DNA of 64,000 nt from a virus: the IMG/VR virus record IMGVR_UViG_3300031992_000092, positions 1-64,000 of that record. One strand, written 5' to 3'. This document shows, in pieces, positions 10,273 to 23,400 of this stretch. The notes under the pieces were generated by a model, which worked only from the letters and a program-made list of their open reading frames with translations, was not told the DNA's origin and did not search any database. Every line of letters begins with the position of its first letter. Within the stretch, counting starts at the first letter, position 1. The position numbers and the translations under genes are program-made.

Positions 10273-10980
10273 TTGAAATTTTTAAATATTCTTTTTATTG
10301 CAATTCTAAGTTTAAGTATTTTAGGATGTAATAAACCACAAACCCAAGAGAAGAAAGATGAAGAAGTAATAACTGTGCGGGACGAGGAAGCACCTCGTGA
10401 TGGAAGTCAAGCCGGTTCTAATGCAGTCGATATCCCGCACTTCCTCGCCACTTTAGATAATGAAAGATTTACTTATTCTTATTCACCTATTGGATATGAT
10501 AATATTGATATTGAAATGACTAAAGATTTAAATTGTATTCAACAAATTACAAATTGTTTTGGATATAAGTTTGATATACAAAAATTTTATGATGATTATT
10601 TTGATAGCATGAATCTTCATACTGATGTAACTCCAGTTCAAGGAAGTTTTGGACCTTCTGGATGTGTAGAATTTACAAAAACATATTATTCAGATAATGA
10701 TATTCCAATAAGTGTAGAAGAAATTTCTGGTATTGATTTTGAAACTTTTACAAATATTGTTAATCATAATTGGCCTATTATGGTATGGTATACATTAGAT
10801 GATAGTCAATTTGGTGGAGAAATACAATATTGGCCTTTCTATTATCCAATGATTGCTACTAAAGTAGATGAAGAAAATGTTTATTTGTTTGATGCAATTA
10901 ATGGTGAAAAAGTAGAATCTATTTCTGAATTTCAAAGAATTTGGGAGAAATGCGGAAATTATTGTTTAGTTTTCTTTTAA
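10273..10980 (+). CDS. lipoprotein (signal peptide plus LGC lipobox), function unknown
   Basis: MKFLNILFIAILSLSILGCNK is a lipoprotein signal with a Cys lipobox. It is the last gene of the plus-strand block. Confidence 0.6.
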   Translation: MKFLNILFIAILSLSILGCNKPQTQEKKDEEVITVRDEEAPRDGSQAGSNAVDIPHFLATLDNERFTYSYSPIGYDNIDIEMTKDLNCIQQITNCFGYKFDIQKFYDDYFDSMNLHTDVTPVQGSFGPSGCVEFTKTYYSDNDIPISVEEISGIDFETFTNIVNHNWPIMVWYTLDDSQFGGEIQYWPFYYPMIATKVDEENVYLFDAINGEKVESISEFQRIWEKCGNYCLVFF

Positions 10981-10992
10981 AAATAGACATAA

Positions 10993-11031
10993 AAAAAGAG
11001 GGGTACTCAATTAAGAGTACCCCTTATTTTT
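10993..11031. terminator. bidirectional rho-independent terminator (A-run, GGGGTACTC/GAGTACCCC hairpin, T-run)
   Basis: Inverted repeat at 11000-11008 and 11016-11024, flanked by A7 upstream and T8 downstream. It sits between the convergent lipoprotein and endolysin genes. Confidence 0.6.
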
Positions 11032-12591
11032 TTACCATTTATTATCATTTAAAGAGCATTGTAAGGCTTTAACAGATTCTCTACCAAAATATCCATCTAC
11101 ATCAATATCGTAACCTTTATTAACTAACCATTGCTGGAGAGCTCTTGAGGTCCCAGGGCCTCATTGACCATCAACTTCCGCACCAACTTTACTTTGAATA
11201 GCTTCAACTAATTGAGAACCAGTTCCGCTATCATATTCAACATTATACATTCCTCAATGGTAATCTTTATTTCCAAGCCATTGACCGCTAATAACACCAT
11301 CTTCATAAGTACCTAATGTGTGCTGTAAATCAATAATAGTATTTCATCCACCAATACCATCAATTTCAAGTTTTCCACCATCGCGATTATTTTTTGGATC
11401 AGTTGAAACATCTGGTGTGAAATTTCCACTATCAGAATTACTATAATGAGGTCTAATAACATAGGCTACGTTACCCATATTACGATATTTTTCTTGTACG
11501 GCATTACCAACATTACCTTCAATTGTTGGGAATCCAGAGCCATCAAAACTTCCTGTTGCAAATCCAATATGGTCAGTAGCTCCATCTCAATCCCAATTAA
11601 AGATAACAATGTCTCCATACTGTACATTATATTTATCTACAGCATAATTTTTTGCGCCATTATTTAGAGCTAAATCTGTATTATAAGTTGGGAAACCTTT
11701 AACTACAACTCCTGCTTGTTCTAAGCATCAACTTACAAACATGCAGCACCATCAAATTTCAACAGAAGGTCCAGCAAGCCAATCTTCATCTCACTTATCA
11801 GCCAATCAACGACCATATTTAGAACCTGGTTCAGGATCATTAGGAGCATAATATCCTAATTCACCATAAGCAACGTCAATAACACTTTTAGCTGTTCCAC
11901 TCATTTGTTTACTTTCTTCTTCTTTTTTTTCCTCTATTGGTTCATCAGTTTGAATAGTTTGTCCAGCAGCTATTCTTGCGGGATAGTCGATACAACACCA
12001 ATCGCAATCGTGATAACCACTAACATCATCAAATACTATATGACCATCAGATAATCTAATTCCGCCTTGCTGTCACATTCCAATATCTCCAGCTTCAGTT
12101 GGTCAAGAAGCTTTTCATCAAGCAATTCAATTAGCATAGTCACGAAGTTCATCTGCATACATATTGTTTAATCATGCATTTCCACCAGTATAAAGTCCTG
12201 CATAATATCCTCTATTACGGAGAGTATCGCAAAAAACTTTAATAACATCAGTTAAAGTACGTGCTGATAACTGGAATTGTCTTGGATCTTCAACATCTGT
12301 GTAACAAGGTAAATCAAATTTATGTCCATCAAGTAAATCTGCAAAGTGATTAGCATCTTTTCTTGAATTTTCTGTATCTGTAGTAACTGTATAATAATAT
12401 GCTCCAATATGAAGTCCAGCAGCTACAGCTTTTTTATAATTATTTTCAAATTGTCCGTCTTTATAACGTCCTAAATTTGTTTCATTTCCACCAGCTTTAA
12501 TAATAACGCCTCAAAGTCCTCTCTGACGTTTTCAAGCTGCTAAATCAATATCCCCATCTCAATGAGAGATATCAAGAACAAGTTCTTTCAT
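11032..12591 (-). CDS. endolysin: N-terminal GH25 muramidase plus C-terminal domain (519 aa)
   Basis: Table-4 translation from ATG (rc of 12589-12591, RBS AGAGGTG) gives MKELVLDISHWDGDIDLAAWKRQRGLWGVIIKAGGNETNL..., the GH25 (Cpl-1-like) lysozyme N-terminus. The ORF is continuous only when the several TGAs are read as Trp. It ends ...KALQCSLNDNKW*. Confidence 0.75.
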
Positions 12592-12612
12592 TTTCCGCAC
12601 CTCTTTTCTATA

Positions 12613-12650
12613 TAAAAAAAGAGTCCCATATTTCAGGGACTCTTTTTATT
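12613..12650. terminator. bidirectional terminator hairpin (AAAGAGTCCC / GGGACTCTTT) with flanking A- and T-runs
   Basis: 10-bp inverted repeat at 12618-12627 and 12636-12645. It lies between holin and endolysin. Confidence 0.5.
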
Positions 12651-12941
12651 TTATTCTTTTAGATGAGCAGGCTGCTTTTTTAATTCATGCATTAGTATGT
12701 CTGCTTGAAGAGCGGGTTGAGTAAAACTGTTATTCTTCCATCAAGCGATAATAGAAGCTACAACAACAGCAACACCTGAAGCAATTTCATAAATATTGTT
12801 TTCATCAATATCAATAGGAGTTCACCCAAGTAAAGCGCAAAAAGCATTAACTAATGCAATAAATAGAACAATGGTTCTAGCAATAGTCCCAGGTTCAATT
12901 GAAAGCAATCCGTCTAAATTAATTGTTTTTGCTTCAGCCAT
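12651..12941 (-). CDS. holin (96 aa, single strongly hydrophobic core)
   Basis: Table-4 translation MAEAKTINLDGLLSIEPGTIARTIVLFIALVNAFCALLGWTPIDIDENNIYEIASGVAVVVASIIAWWKNNSF.... It is small, has TM segments, and lies immediately upstream of the endolysin. Confidence 0.55.
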
Positions 12942-12967
12942 TTAAAACACCTTCTTTAATTAATTAA

Positions 12968-13768
12968 TTATTCTCCAGTTCCGCTTCCACCAGCGACGAG
13001 TGCATCAATCTCTGCATTAGTAGCAAATGTAATATCTGCATCTAAGACATATGGAGAAAGATCAACGAAGCCAGGAAGTACATCAAATTTATAAGCAGGA
13101 GACTGACCAGTTGTGTCAGTATCAACAACAACTACATTGGTTCCAGCAGGATAAGTCTTAGTTACTCCACTAGCATATTCAACGAAGTCACTAGTAATAG
13201 TAAAGGAGTCAGTAACATTATAAACGTTACCAAGAACACCAACAGCTAGAGTTGGTAGACTTGCAAATGCTACAGAACCAGCAGGCTTATAAACAGTAGC
13301 AATCTGAGCAGCTACAGTGTCATCAACATAAGTTTTAACAGCTGCGCCTGTTGGAAGTTTAGCATCATTAGCAAGTGTAGTCTCAACGTCTTTATAAGCA
13401 GCAGCGTCAAGACCATGAACGGCTACATCTGAACCATTAACAGCAACAGTACCATTTGTAGCACCTTCGGCAACTGTAACATTAACTTTCTTGGTTGTGC
13501 TATCAGGAGTTAAATCTGTAGCATTAACTTGGACACCAAGAACTGGAATTGTTACGTCAACCTTTTTGTTAGCATCAGGAGTTAAGTCAGTACCATTATA
13601 TTGAACACCAAGAATTGGAACTTCAACATCAACAGCACCATCAGCATCCTGTGTTAGAGCTGTACCATTACACTTAACAGTTTTTACTGCACCAGCAGGA
13701 GCAAATGTTTCTGTAGCTTTCTGCCATAAACGTTGAATACCAGCCCAATCAACGAGTTTCATCGCCAT
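12968..13768 (-). CDS. fibre/adhesin-like structural protein with tandem ~24-aa repeats; compositional outlier
   Basis: 266-aa ORF intact in the standard code (no TGA). Visibly more GC-rich than its neighbours. Repeats VDVEVPILGVQYNGTDLTPDANKK / VDVTIPVLGVQVNATDLTPDSTTKK. Contains AAVKTYVDDTVAAQI, which resembles the KxYVD motif seen in phage tail-fibre proteins. Confidence 0.5.
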   Translation of the reverse strand: MAMKLVDWAGIQRLWQKATETFAPAGAVKTVKCNGTALTQDADGAVDVEVPILGVQYNGTDLTPDANKKVDVTIPVLGVQVNATDLTPDSTTKKVNVTVAEGATNGTVAVNGSDVAVHGLDAAAYKDVETTLANDAKLPTGAAVKTYVDDTVAAQIATVYKPAGSVAFASLPTLAVGVLGNVYNVTDSFTITSDFVEYASGVTKTYPAGTNVVVVDTDTTGQSPAYKFDVLPGFVDLSPYVLDADITFATNAEIDALVAGGSGTGE

Positions 13769-13785
13769 ATAATCACCCTTTCTTT

Positions 13786-14418
13786 CTAATTACCTTGTAT
13801 AATTTCTTCTATTTCATCATCTGTAACAGCTCTAAATCCAAAGTCCTCTAATGTTTGATTCCCTGTAAGTTCAACTCCATTAATAGAAGGTTTGTTTGTA
13901 ACATAAAGATAATCTGTTACACCTTCGAGTTCAACTTCTTCTAATCATTTTGTAATATCTTCTACACTTTGATTCATAACTATTGCAGCTTGTGAAAACA
14001 AATTATAATCATCAGAAGCAATAAATTTATCTAAGTCTATTGGGTCTGCGGAAATAGTAACTTGAAAATCATCTGTTCCAATTAAACTATTATTATCAAC
14101 TTTTTCAATTTTACAAATAATATGTCCTTCTTGAATCATTTTTGATGGTCAAGCTATTTCTCAGACTGGATTAATTTTTAAAGTTTTATCTCCAACTTCA
14201 ATACAATTAAATACATTATAGCCTTGAATATCTAATTCTTGATGATGCCATTTTAAATAAATTTTAGTAGAAGAAGTAAAAACAGAAGCAGCTTCTTGAG
14301 AAAAAATTACTTTTAATTTTTTTCCATTAATATCATTGCCACTAAATATCATATCTTCTATTGGTTGATAAAAAGATTTTATTTCTAAAATACAAGAAGT
14401 TAATGATAACATATTCAC
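13786..14418 (-). CDS. hypothetical protein (210 aa)
   Basis: Track ORFs 14161..14418 and 13945..14139 are in one frame, joined through TGA=Trp. They continue to TAG at 13786-13788. Confidence 0.45.
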
Positions 14419-14454
14419 CTCTTCCTTTAATCAATTCTCACTAAAATTATTATA

Positions 14455-14492
14455 AAATAGGGCATCTTACTTTTTGTAAAATGCCCTAAATT
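14455..14492 (-). terminator. terminator hairpin (TAGGGCAT / ATGCCCTA) downstream of the giant receptor-binding gene
   Basis: 8-bp inverted repeat at 14457-14464 and 14482-14489 in an AT-rich context. Confidence 0.4.
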
Positions 14493-14495
14493 TTA

Positions 14496-17400
14496 TTAAT
14501 TTTGTTCTGGAATATAGAAGTAACCTTTATCTGTATTATTATTAACAGAGCCATCTTTACGATAAGCAATATAAATAGTATGCGGGATTCCTTCCAAATT
14601 CTCAAATTTTGCTTCTTTATAATTCATATTAGAATTACCATAAGTATTATAATTATAATTACTAGTAGTAGGTTGAGCATCTATTTTCATAATTAAATAG
14701 TCATAATTGGATTCTCCATATGAACAATATTTAATGATAAATGTATCATATCCATCAATATTAATCATACAAGTATCAGTAGTATTATGTTGATTTGTAT
14801 GTTTACTACTATAATATACTGTATGACCATCTACTTGAGTTCCACTATTAGCTCATTCATCATTATTAAGGTCTATAATATATTCTTGTTGAATTAATAT
14901 TACTCTTAATATCTTTGTAGCAGTTATACTATTATTATAAATACTAGTAGCTGTAATAATTAAAGTATCTCCATCAGAAGCATTTACTAATTTAACTAAA
15001 CCATTAGTATCAATAATAGCGTTACCTTCAATAGACCAAGTTACTCCACGATATTGCGGGTCAACATCAATACTATCATCTGGGTCTATATAGACAGGAG
15101 TTAATTGAGCAACTCTATCATAAACATCTTGTTTATAACAATTGATAGTTTCAATATTGGAATCTAATCTTATAGATACTAATTCTTTATCAGAGCCATC
15201 TTTAAAAGCGCTTAAAACATTTTTTCATTGATAAGCTGCTTTATATGTTGGGAATAAGCTTAATGGAATATAAATAGAGGTTACACCAGTAGAAGAAAGA
15301 TATGTATTAGTATCTGAATTAAAGTTTTTAAATACTCCACGAGCATAAATTGTTCTAAGATTTGTCGCATATCTAAATATTTCTGATGTAGAATTAACTG
15401 CTGAAAAATCTCAACCAGAAATATCTATTGTATTTAATTTATCACAATAATAAAATAATCCATATAAATCTGTGACTGTTGAGAATGTTCATTTAGACAT
15501 ATCGAGTTCAGTAATTGCTCTATCATATCAAAACATTTGTCTAATAGTAGTAAGATATGGAGTATGCATTTCTCCAAAATGAATACTTGTTAAACTAGGA
15601 TTGTTTGCAAACATAGCTTGCATTGTAGTAACATTTGTTACATCCAATAGATCAAAGTCAAAAGTTTTAATTCTTGTTTCATTAAAAGCATGACTTAAAC
15701 TAGTAATTTGTGAGGTTTCACTATTAATAATATCAAAAGAGCCAATCTGATAACGACCACTTAAAGTAATATAAGTTCCACTAAAATTATTAAATGTAAT
15801 ATTTAATGTACCAGCGCTAATATCATTCATAGTAGAAATAATGGTACTAATTCTACCGCAATCACTACAATTAATAAATTCTGTATTGGTAATTTTACTA
15901 TCATAACGAAACATGTTAGATACATTTGCGGAAGATGGTATATGTGGAATAATAACACTCGTTAAATTTGAACAATTTGCCATTGAATATTGTAAATTAT
16001 TAATTTTATCAACAGATAATTTTGTAGCATCAAGAATTGTCATTTTACCTTCATAGAAAGCATAATTAAAATTACAGTCTGCTTGTTCTCGCATATTTCA
16101 TTTTGAAGTATCTAAAATAGTTAAATAAGGACACATATGGAAACAATATGTATAATTAGTTACATTTGAAAAATCCATATTAATATCTTTAAGATTATGA
16201 ATTCCAGTTCCCGCATAAGCATAATTTAATGAATTAGGTTTATTTCTTTCATGAATAATAATTTCTCCATTGTTATTTTCTACTCAATTAACCATATTAA
16301 TATTTTTAATTCTAATAGCACTTCTAATAAATTCATTAAAATTATTATTAATAGTACCTTCAACAATTAAAGTAATAAAACTATTACTATTATTAGCTCC
16401 ATTACAAATTCATCTAATTAAACTATTTCCACCTGTTCAACCATTACATTCAGAAAAATAAATATTTTGAAGAGCAGAACAACCTTTTAAACAATCAGTG
16501 GCATAGCCACTATCATAATCATAAAGTTGCTTAGCATTCCTAAATTCAATTGTGTCAAGAGTAATACAATTTTCAAACATATGAGTCATATGTAAATAAT
16601 AAGCTCGATTAGCAACTACTAAATTTGGAAATTCTATATAATCAATAGACGTACATTCTGCAAACATATAATCATAATAAATATCTGTTCCTTTATTAAT
16701 ATTCATATTATAATTTTCAGGGAAAATAATCTTTTCAAGTAAACCACATTGATAAAACATATATCTTGAATCTTGAATTTTAGTAAAATTAGAATAACCA
16801 ATATCTACAGTTACTAAATTAACACATCCAGAAAACATATATTGAGTATTATTTACATTTCCAACATTTCAAGTAGTCATATTTATTTCTGTAACAAATA
16901 CTTCCATATTATTAGCTATAGTTCCAGAATCTTCCATAAATTTAATTTTAGTTATGGCTCTACAATTTTGAAACATGCAAGACATATTAGTTATAGGAGA
17001 AGTGTCAGCATCATTTGTGGTTGTTGTTAATCTAAATCAATCAATATAATCTAATTCATAACAATTTTGGAATCAACCTTGCATACTAGTAATTCCAATA
17101 AATTTAGAATATTTTAAATTAATAGATTTTAAAGCTCAACATCCAGTAAATAAATATTGAGCACCAGAACTACTTAATTCAACAAAATTTACACTACTTA
17201 AAGTTAAATTTGTTAAAGAATGACAATTAATAAACATTCTGCTAATATTAGTAGCTCTACATGGATTAGTAAATAAATAATTAATATTTAAAGTTTCAAG
17301 AGCATAACAATTTCCAAACATATATTCTAGACTTCTACCACCAACTCATGGGCTAGAATTATTATTTTGTCCAACTCTTGTAAATGAAACATTGTGTAAG

Positions 17401-20400
17401 TCTAAAGATTTTAAAGCTCTACAATGATTAAACATACTTTGACAATACATTACATTAGAAAATAATCAGCCATTATCTCCTTGATGTGTATTAATTTCTT
17501 CAAGAGCATAACAATTTTGTAACATACAGGTTGTACTATAAGCGCCAATCATATTGAAATGTTGATTTAAAGTTTTTAAAGCATAACAATGTTGAAACAT
17601 GTATTGGAAATTGGTACATTTTTGAGAAATAAAACTATCAGGAAAAGTTAATTCTTCAAGAGCATGGCATCCTTCAAACATCCCGTCAACTCTTTGAAGA
17701 TTTGCTCCTCCAAAGGTTTCTGGAATTCTAATTGATTGAAGAGCATAACATCATTGAAACATTCTTTCTGCACTAGTATTATTTATCATTGTAAAAGTAT
17801 CTGGAAGATATAATTCTTCAAGAGACTCACAATAACAAAACATATACGTAGCATTATCTCCACTTCATAAAGAAGTATTAAAATTAGGAATCAAGAGATG
17901 CTGTAATGATTTACAATTATAAAACATTTGATAAAAATCAGAACATTTAATAGTATTAAAACTTGTTAAATCTAACTCTTGTAAAGATTGACAATCATAA
18001 AACATTTCATACATTGTAGTAACATTTTCTGTTGAAAAATTACTAAAATCTAAAGTTTCAAGTTTAGTACATGCATAAAACATTTCAGAAAAAGTAGTTA
18101 CTAAATCTGTATTTAATGGAGTTAAATCAAAAGTTACTAAAGAAGAACAATAACAAAACATATTAGCACAATTAGTTAAACTGTGTCAATATTCCATACC
18201 ACTAATATCTAAAGTAGTTAAATTAATACAATCATAAAATAAATTAGATACATTTTTAATACTTTGTCCTTGAGCCCCTCATGTAGACATATCAATAGTA
18301 GTACCTCTATATCCTCTAAATAAATTAGCAATACTAGTACAAGTATTAATATTTCACTCTTCTAGATGAAGATCAACACTACTACCACAATAAGTTCCGC
18401 CTATTGATTTTCCTGCTAAATAGAAAGTATTATCTCTATAAATAACTCTTTGTAATGCTGAGCATCCTCAAAATTGAGCCTGAATATTTTTAACATGTTC
18501 AGTCCAAAAACTAGAAAGATTAATAGTTCGAATAGTATTAGCATTTAAAAACATTACTGCTCAATTAATAGAAGTAGTTGTTTCTTGAATATTTCATTGA
18601 GACAAATCTACACTAGTTCCCTTATAGCCACTAAACATTGCTACAAAACTTGTTTGCTGTGAAACATCTCAATGACCAATATTTAAAGGAATTTTAATAT
18701 TATAAAACATTTGCCCAACTGCTGTATAATATGTATATCTCATACTTCCATTAGTACCAGTATCAATTCATCTTGTAGAATAGTTTTCATTACTTCAATA
18801 ATCAATTGAATTAGCCTTCATTATAAATGAATTTGTTTCAAAAGTTTTAAGTTTAGAACAATTATAAAACATAGCTTCAAAATTTACAACTTTAGAAGTA
18901 TTAAATGTTTGAATTTTTAAAGTAATTAAATTAGTACATTCAGCAAACATTTCTGCCATACTTGTTCCTTGAGAAGTATCTCAATTAGAAAATATTAATT
19001 CCGTACCTTTATAACCATAAAACATTCTAATAAAATATTTCATTAAAGAGGTATTAAAAAGAGTCAAATCATGAATTTGTCCTATACTTCCATTGAACAT
19101 GTCTCTAACATTTACACTAGAATGGAACTTTCATTCATTTGTTATATACAAATCCTGTAAATTAGAGGTTCCATAAAACATTTCTGACATATTGGTACAA
19201 AATTCAATATTAAAGTCTGAAAGAGTAATTGTAATTGCCTTACAGTTATAAAACATTTGTGACATATTAATACAAGATTCGGTATTAAAATCTAAAAGAG
19301 TAACTGTAGTTGCTTTACATTCTCTAAACATCTGCGACATATTGGTACAAACTTCTGTATTAAAATTTGAAAGTGCGATTGTAGTTAATACAACATTTGT
19401 ATTATAAAACATTTGATACATTGTTGTTACATGAGAAACATCTCAAGTAGAAATATTAATTTCTGGAAGAAAACATCCACCAAACATATAAGTCATATCT
19501 GTAACTGAAGAAGTATCCCAAGTATTAAATAAAATTCAAGGAGCATGTACATCTGCAAAAGTATTAATCATATTCTGTACAGAAGAAATATCTCAAGTAG
19601 ATAAATCTAATCCATTAGTAAAAGTAGACAGCCTAAACATAGCTCTGAAAGAAGTAATATTAGAAACATTTCAATTTGCAACGTTTATATTTGTAAAAGT
19701 TGAACGATACAACATTGCTCTTAAATTAGTAATATTACTAAAATCTAAATTTTCAGCTTCTAATGTTCCAATAGTAGAATCATAAAAGAAACTAAAATCA
19801 CTATCTCAACTAAGAATATTTGTTAAACTAGTAATATCTCAATCTGTAATATTAATTAAATTTGCAGTACATCCTCTAAAAATAAATTGCATATTAGTAC
19901 AATTACTCATATCTCAGGTTCTTAAATCTAATTCAAGACTAGATGTTCCCATTTCTCTAAACATACCACTAGCATTTAAAACTTCACTAGTATCAAGAAT
20001 ATCTAATCCTTCAATAGACTGCAAACCTTTTAATTTATAAAACATATTCATACTATTAGCATTTAAAATAATAGGTGCTGCAACTTCAAAAGTAATAGTA
20101 ATTGTTCCAGTATCATTATCTCAATTAGCTACTACTGGAGAACCTTGAGAACCAATAGCAATACCAGATTTTTGAATACCATTTTCAAATATTATATGTT
20201 TAATTTTAGTATCTTCAAAATTACCATCTGTAACATTACTTCCATTTGCCATACGTTTAATAGTATAAGAAAATTCACCACCAGAAATTAATCTAGAATT
20301 ATATTTTTCTGGAAGAAGCGGAAAATCATAATATGTTTCTACTTTAATAGGAATATCTTCATTTCAAACAGTATACATATTTTGAACACCAGTATACATA

Positions 20401-23400
20401 TCTTTAGGAAATTGCATTGGATATAAAACTATATTGTAATCTAAGTAAGTAGAAGAGACATAGAAAAACGCTCTATCCTCATTTGAATCAACACTACCAT
20501 CCTTACGATAAAGTAAAGTAATAGTATGCGGATTATCATCATAAATTTCATATACAACTGTAGTATATGTCGTACTTGGTTTTCCATAAGTATGATATTC
20601 ACAATTAGAAGTTGATAATCCAGAAGTTTGATCAAGTTTACTAACAATTAAATAATCATAATTTGATTCTCCATTAGAACGAACTCTAATAGAAAATCTT
20701 GAATAACCTTGTATAGTTAAATAACAATAAGCATTTCCATTAGCAATATGATAGTTAGAATTACTTTTATAAATTTGAGAACCATTTATAGCATTATCAC
20801 CATCTTCAATCCATTGGTCATTTAAATCAATAGATCAAGAAGCATCAGATAGGTGTTTAATAGAATATCCTTCTATTTCTGCATTTCTAGCAGTATCATA
20901 AAATTGTCCTATATCCATTTGCTGCATAGCTAAACAATTATATAAACCATTTTCTTTTTCAGTATAATTAAATAACGTTCTATGTTTGCGGAAATCGAGG
21001 TATGTCATACTTTCACAACCAGAAAAAATTTCTCGCATATCCCGCAAATAATTAGAACATAATAATACTATATTAGTTTCAATAGTTTTACAATTCATCA
21101 TCATTTGATAAGCTGAAACGACGGTATTAAAAATAATTTCAGGATAGCGCTCTTGTTTAATTTCTATTAAATTATAACAATTCTTAAACATTTTATCAGC
21201 ATTTTTAATATACATAAAAGGAAATACTTTAGTAACTAAATCATAAGTAGGAGCTGCACCTGTAGATTTTGTTCCTTTTGGTCAAATAATTTTTTCAAGT
21301 TCATAACAATTTTCAAACATTGATGACATATTACCAATATTTTCAGATGTTAAACCAAGATTTCCATTATTATTATATGGTAATCCGGTAGCTTGAGCTA
21401 AATTATGATAAGTTTGGAACATCCAAGTACTTAAATCAATTTCTTGTAATTTTCTACAATCTTTAAATATTCTAACAAATCAATATTTTTGACTATTACT
21501 AGTATTTTCAGAAGGAGAATATTCAGTTGTAGTACCTCTTCAATCACCAAATTTTAGATTAACTAAAACTAAATTTTCAAGATTATAACAACCATCAAAA
21601 GTTCCTTCAAATTCTTGAGTTGTATTATAATTAGTAATATCTATAGGTCTATCATTTGGAAATTTAATACTTGTAATTTTATGACAGTTATAGAAAGTTT
21701 CTTTCAATGAAGTTAATTGAATATCATAACCGCCATATTGATGCCAACTCCTATTACCTCCAGTAATTCAATTATAACCAGCATTTGGATTTGTTTTAGG
21801 AATAAATTTAGAAAAATCCATTTCCATTTCTAAATTTTTACAATTATAGAAAGTTTGACTTAAATTTCATAAAACCATATTTTGAGAACCATTACTTGAT
21901 TTATCAAATTGACCATTAGTAGTAATACTCTTTAAGTTAGTAATATCAATTAATGATTCACAATTATAAAACATTTGTTTAAATTGATTATTAGAATGTC
22001 TATCAACATAATAAGTTCAACCACCACTTGGGGTATAATATCTCCTAAATGCTAAATTAATTTTTTCAGGTAGGATAATATGTTTAACATTTATACATTC
22101 TTTAAACATTCCTTCATAACAAGGACCATTAAAAACATTTGAATATTTTAAATTAATTTCTTCTAAAGATTTACAATTATAAAATAAATAAGAATAATCG
22201 TATAAATTTGTAAAAAAGAAATATTTTAAATCTAAACTTTGTAAAGATTCACAATTATAAAAACATCTACCTACTAATTCAGTTTTTCTTCAATAAGCAC
22301 TAAAACCAAGAGATTGAGCATACTGTCCATGTAAATCTGTAATTGTAATTAAGGATTTACAATTATAAAAAATTCTATCAAAATTACAATATAAATAACA
22401 ATTAGACATATCAAGTGCGGGAAGAGATTCACAATTTTCAAACATACTAGCAGCTTTTACAAGACGTCCATGAAATTCCATTTTAACAAAATCTAAATTA
22501 ATTAAAGATTTACAATTACAGAACATATAAGAAACATCTGTGACACCTCTTGTTCTTCATCTATCAAAAATAATAGATACTAAAGATTCACAGTTTAAAA
22601 ACATTTGGTTTGTAGAATATAATCACGGACTTTCAACATCTCCCATATCCAAAGATTGGAGATTAATACAGTCTTTAAACATTTTCTTAATATCTCTAGC
22701 CATATGCCAATTAAAATTAGATAAATCTAATTGAGTTGCCAAACAACCCTCAAATAAATTATTAAAATAAATATTTTCTTTATTAAATTGTGCGGTCAAT
22801 TGCTCATAAATCACATCTGGCAACCAAGCAAAAATATAATCTTTCTTCCTTGGGAATATAATTGAAGAAATATCAATTTCTCTTAAATTATTACATCCAG
22901 TAAACATATATGACATATCTTGAACATTAATTGTATTAAAATTAGATAAATCTGCAAAAAGTAAGGAAGCACAATTATAAAACATATAAGACATATCTAT
23001 AACATTATTTGTATCAAAATCTTTAAAATCAATTAAACTTAAAGATTCACAATTACTAAATAAATGTGTCATATCTGTTACTTTAGAAGTATCTATATTT
23101 TCAGGAAGTATAAGTTCTTTAAGATTTTTACATCCATTGAACATATATTCCATATCTATAACGTTAGAAAAATTAAAATGAGATAAATCAATATAATCAA
23201 ATAATTCACAATTATTAAACATATAACTTGTATCAGTTAATGTTTGTAATTCTAAATTAGATAAATCTACAGTAATAAGCGAAAAACATCCGTCAAACAA
23301 ATGAGAAATATTTGTAATATTTTCCCATTGAATCTTATTGAAATTGTTTATGCGTCGTAATTCCCGCATATCATAAAAAGTATATTCTGCATTATCTCTA

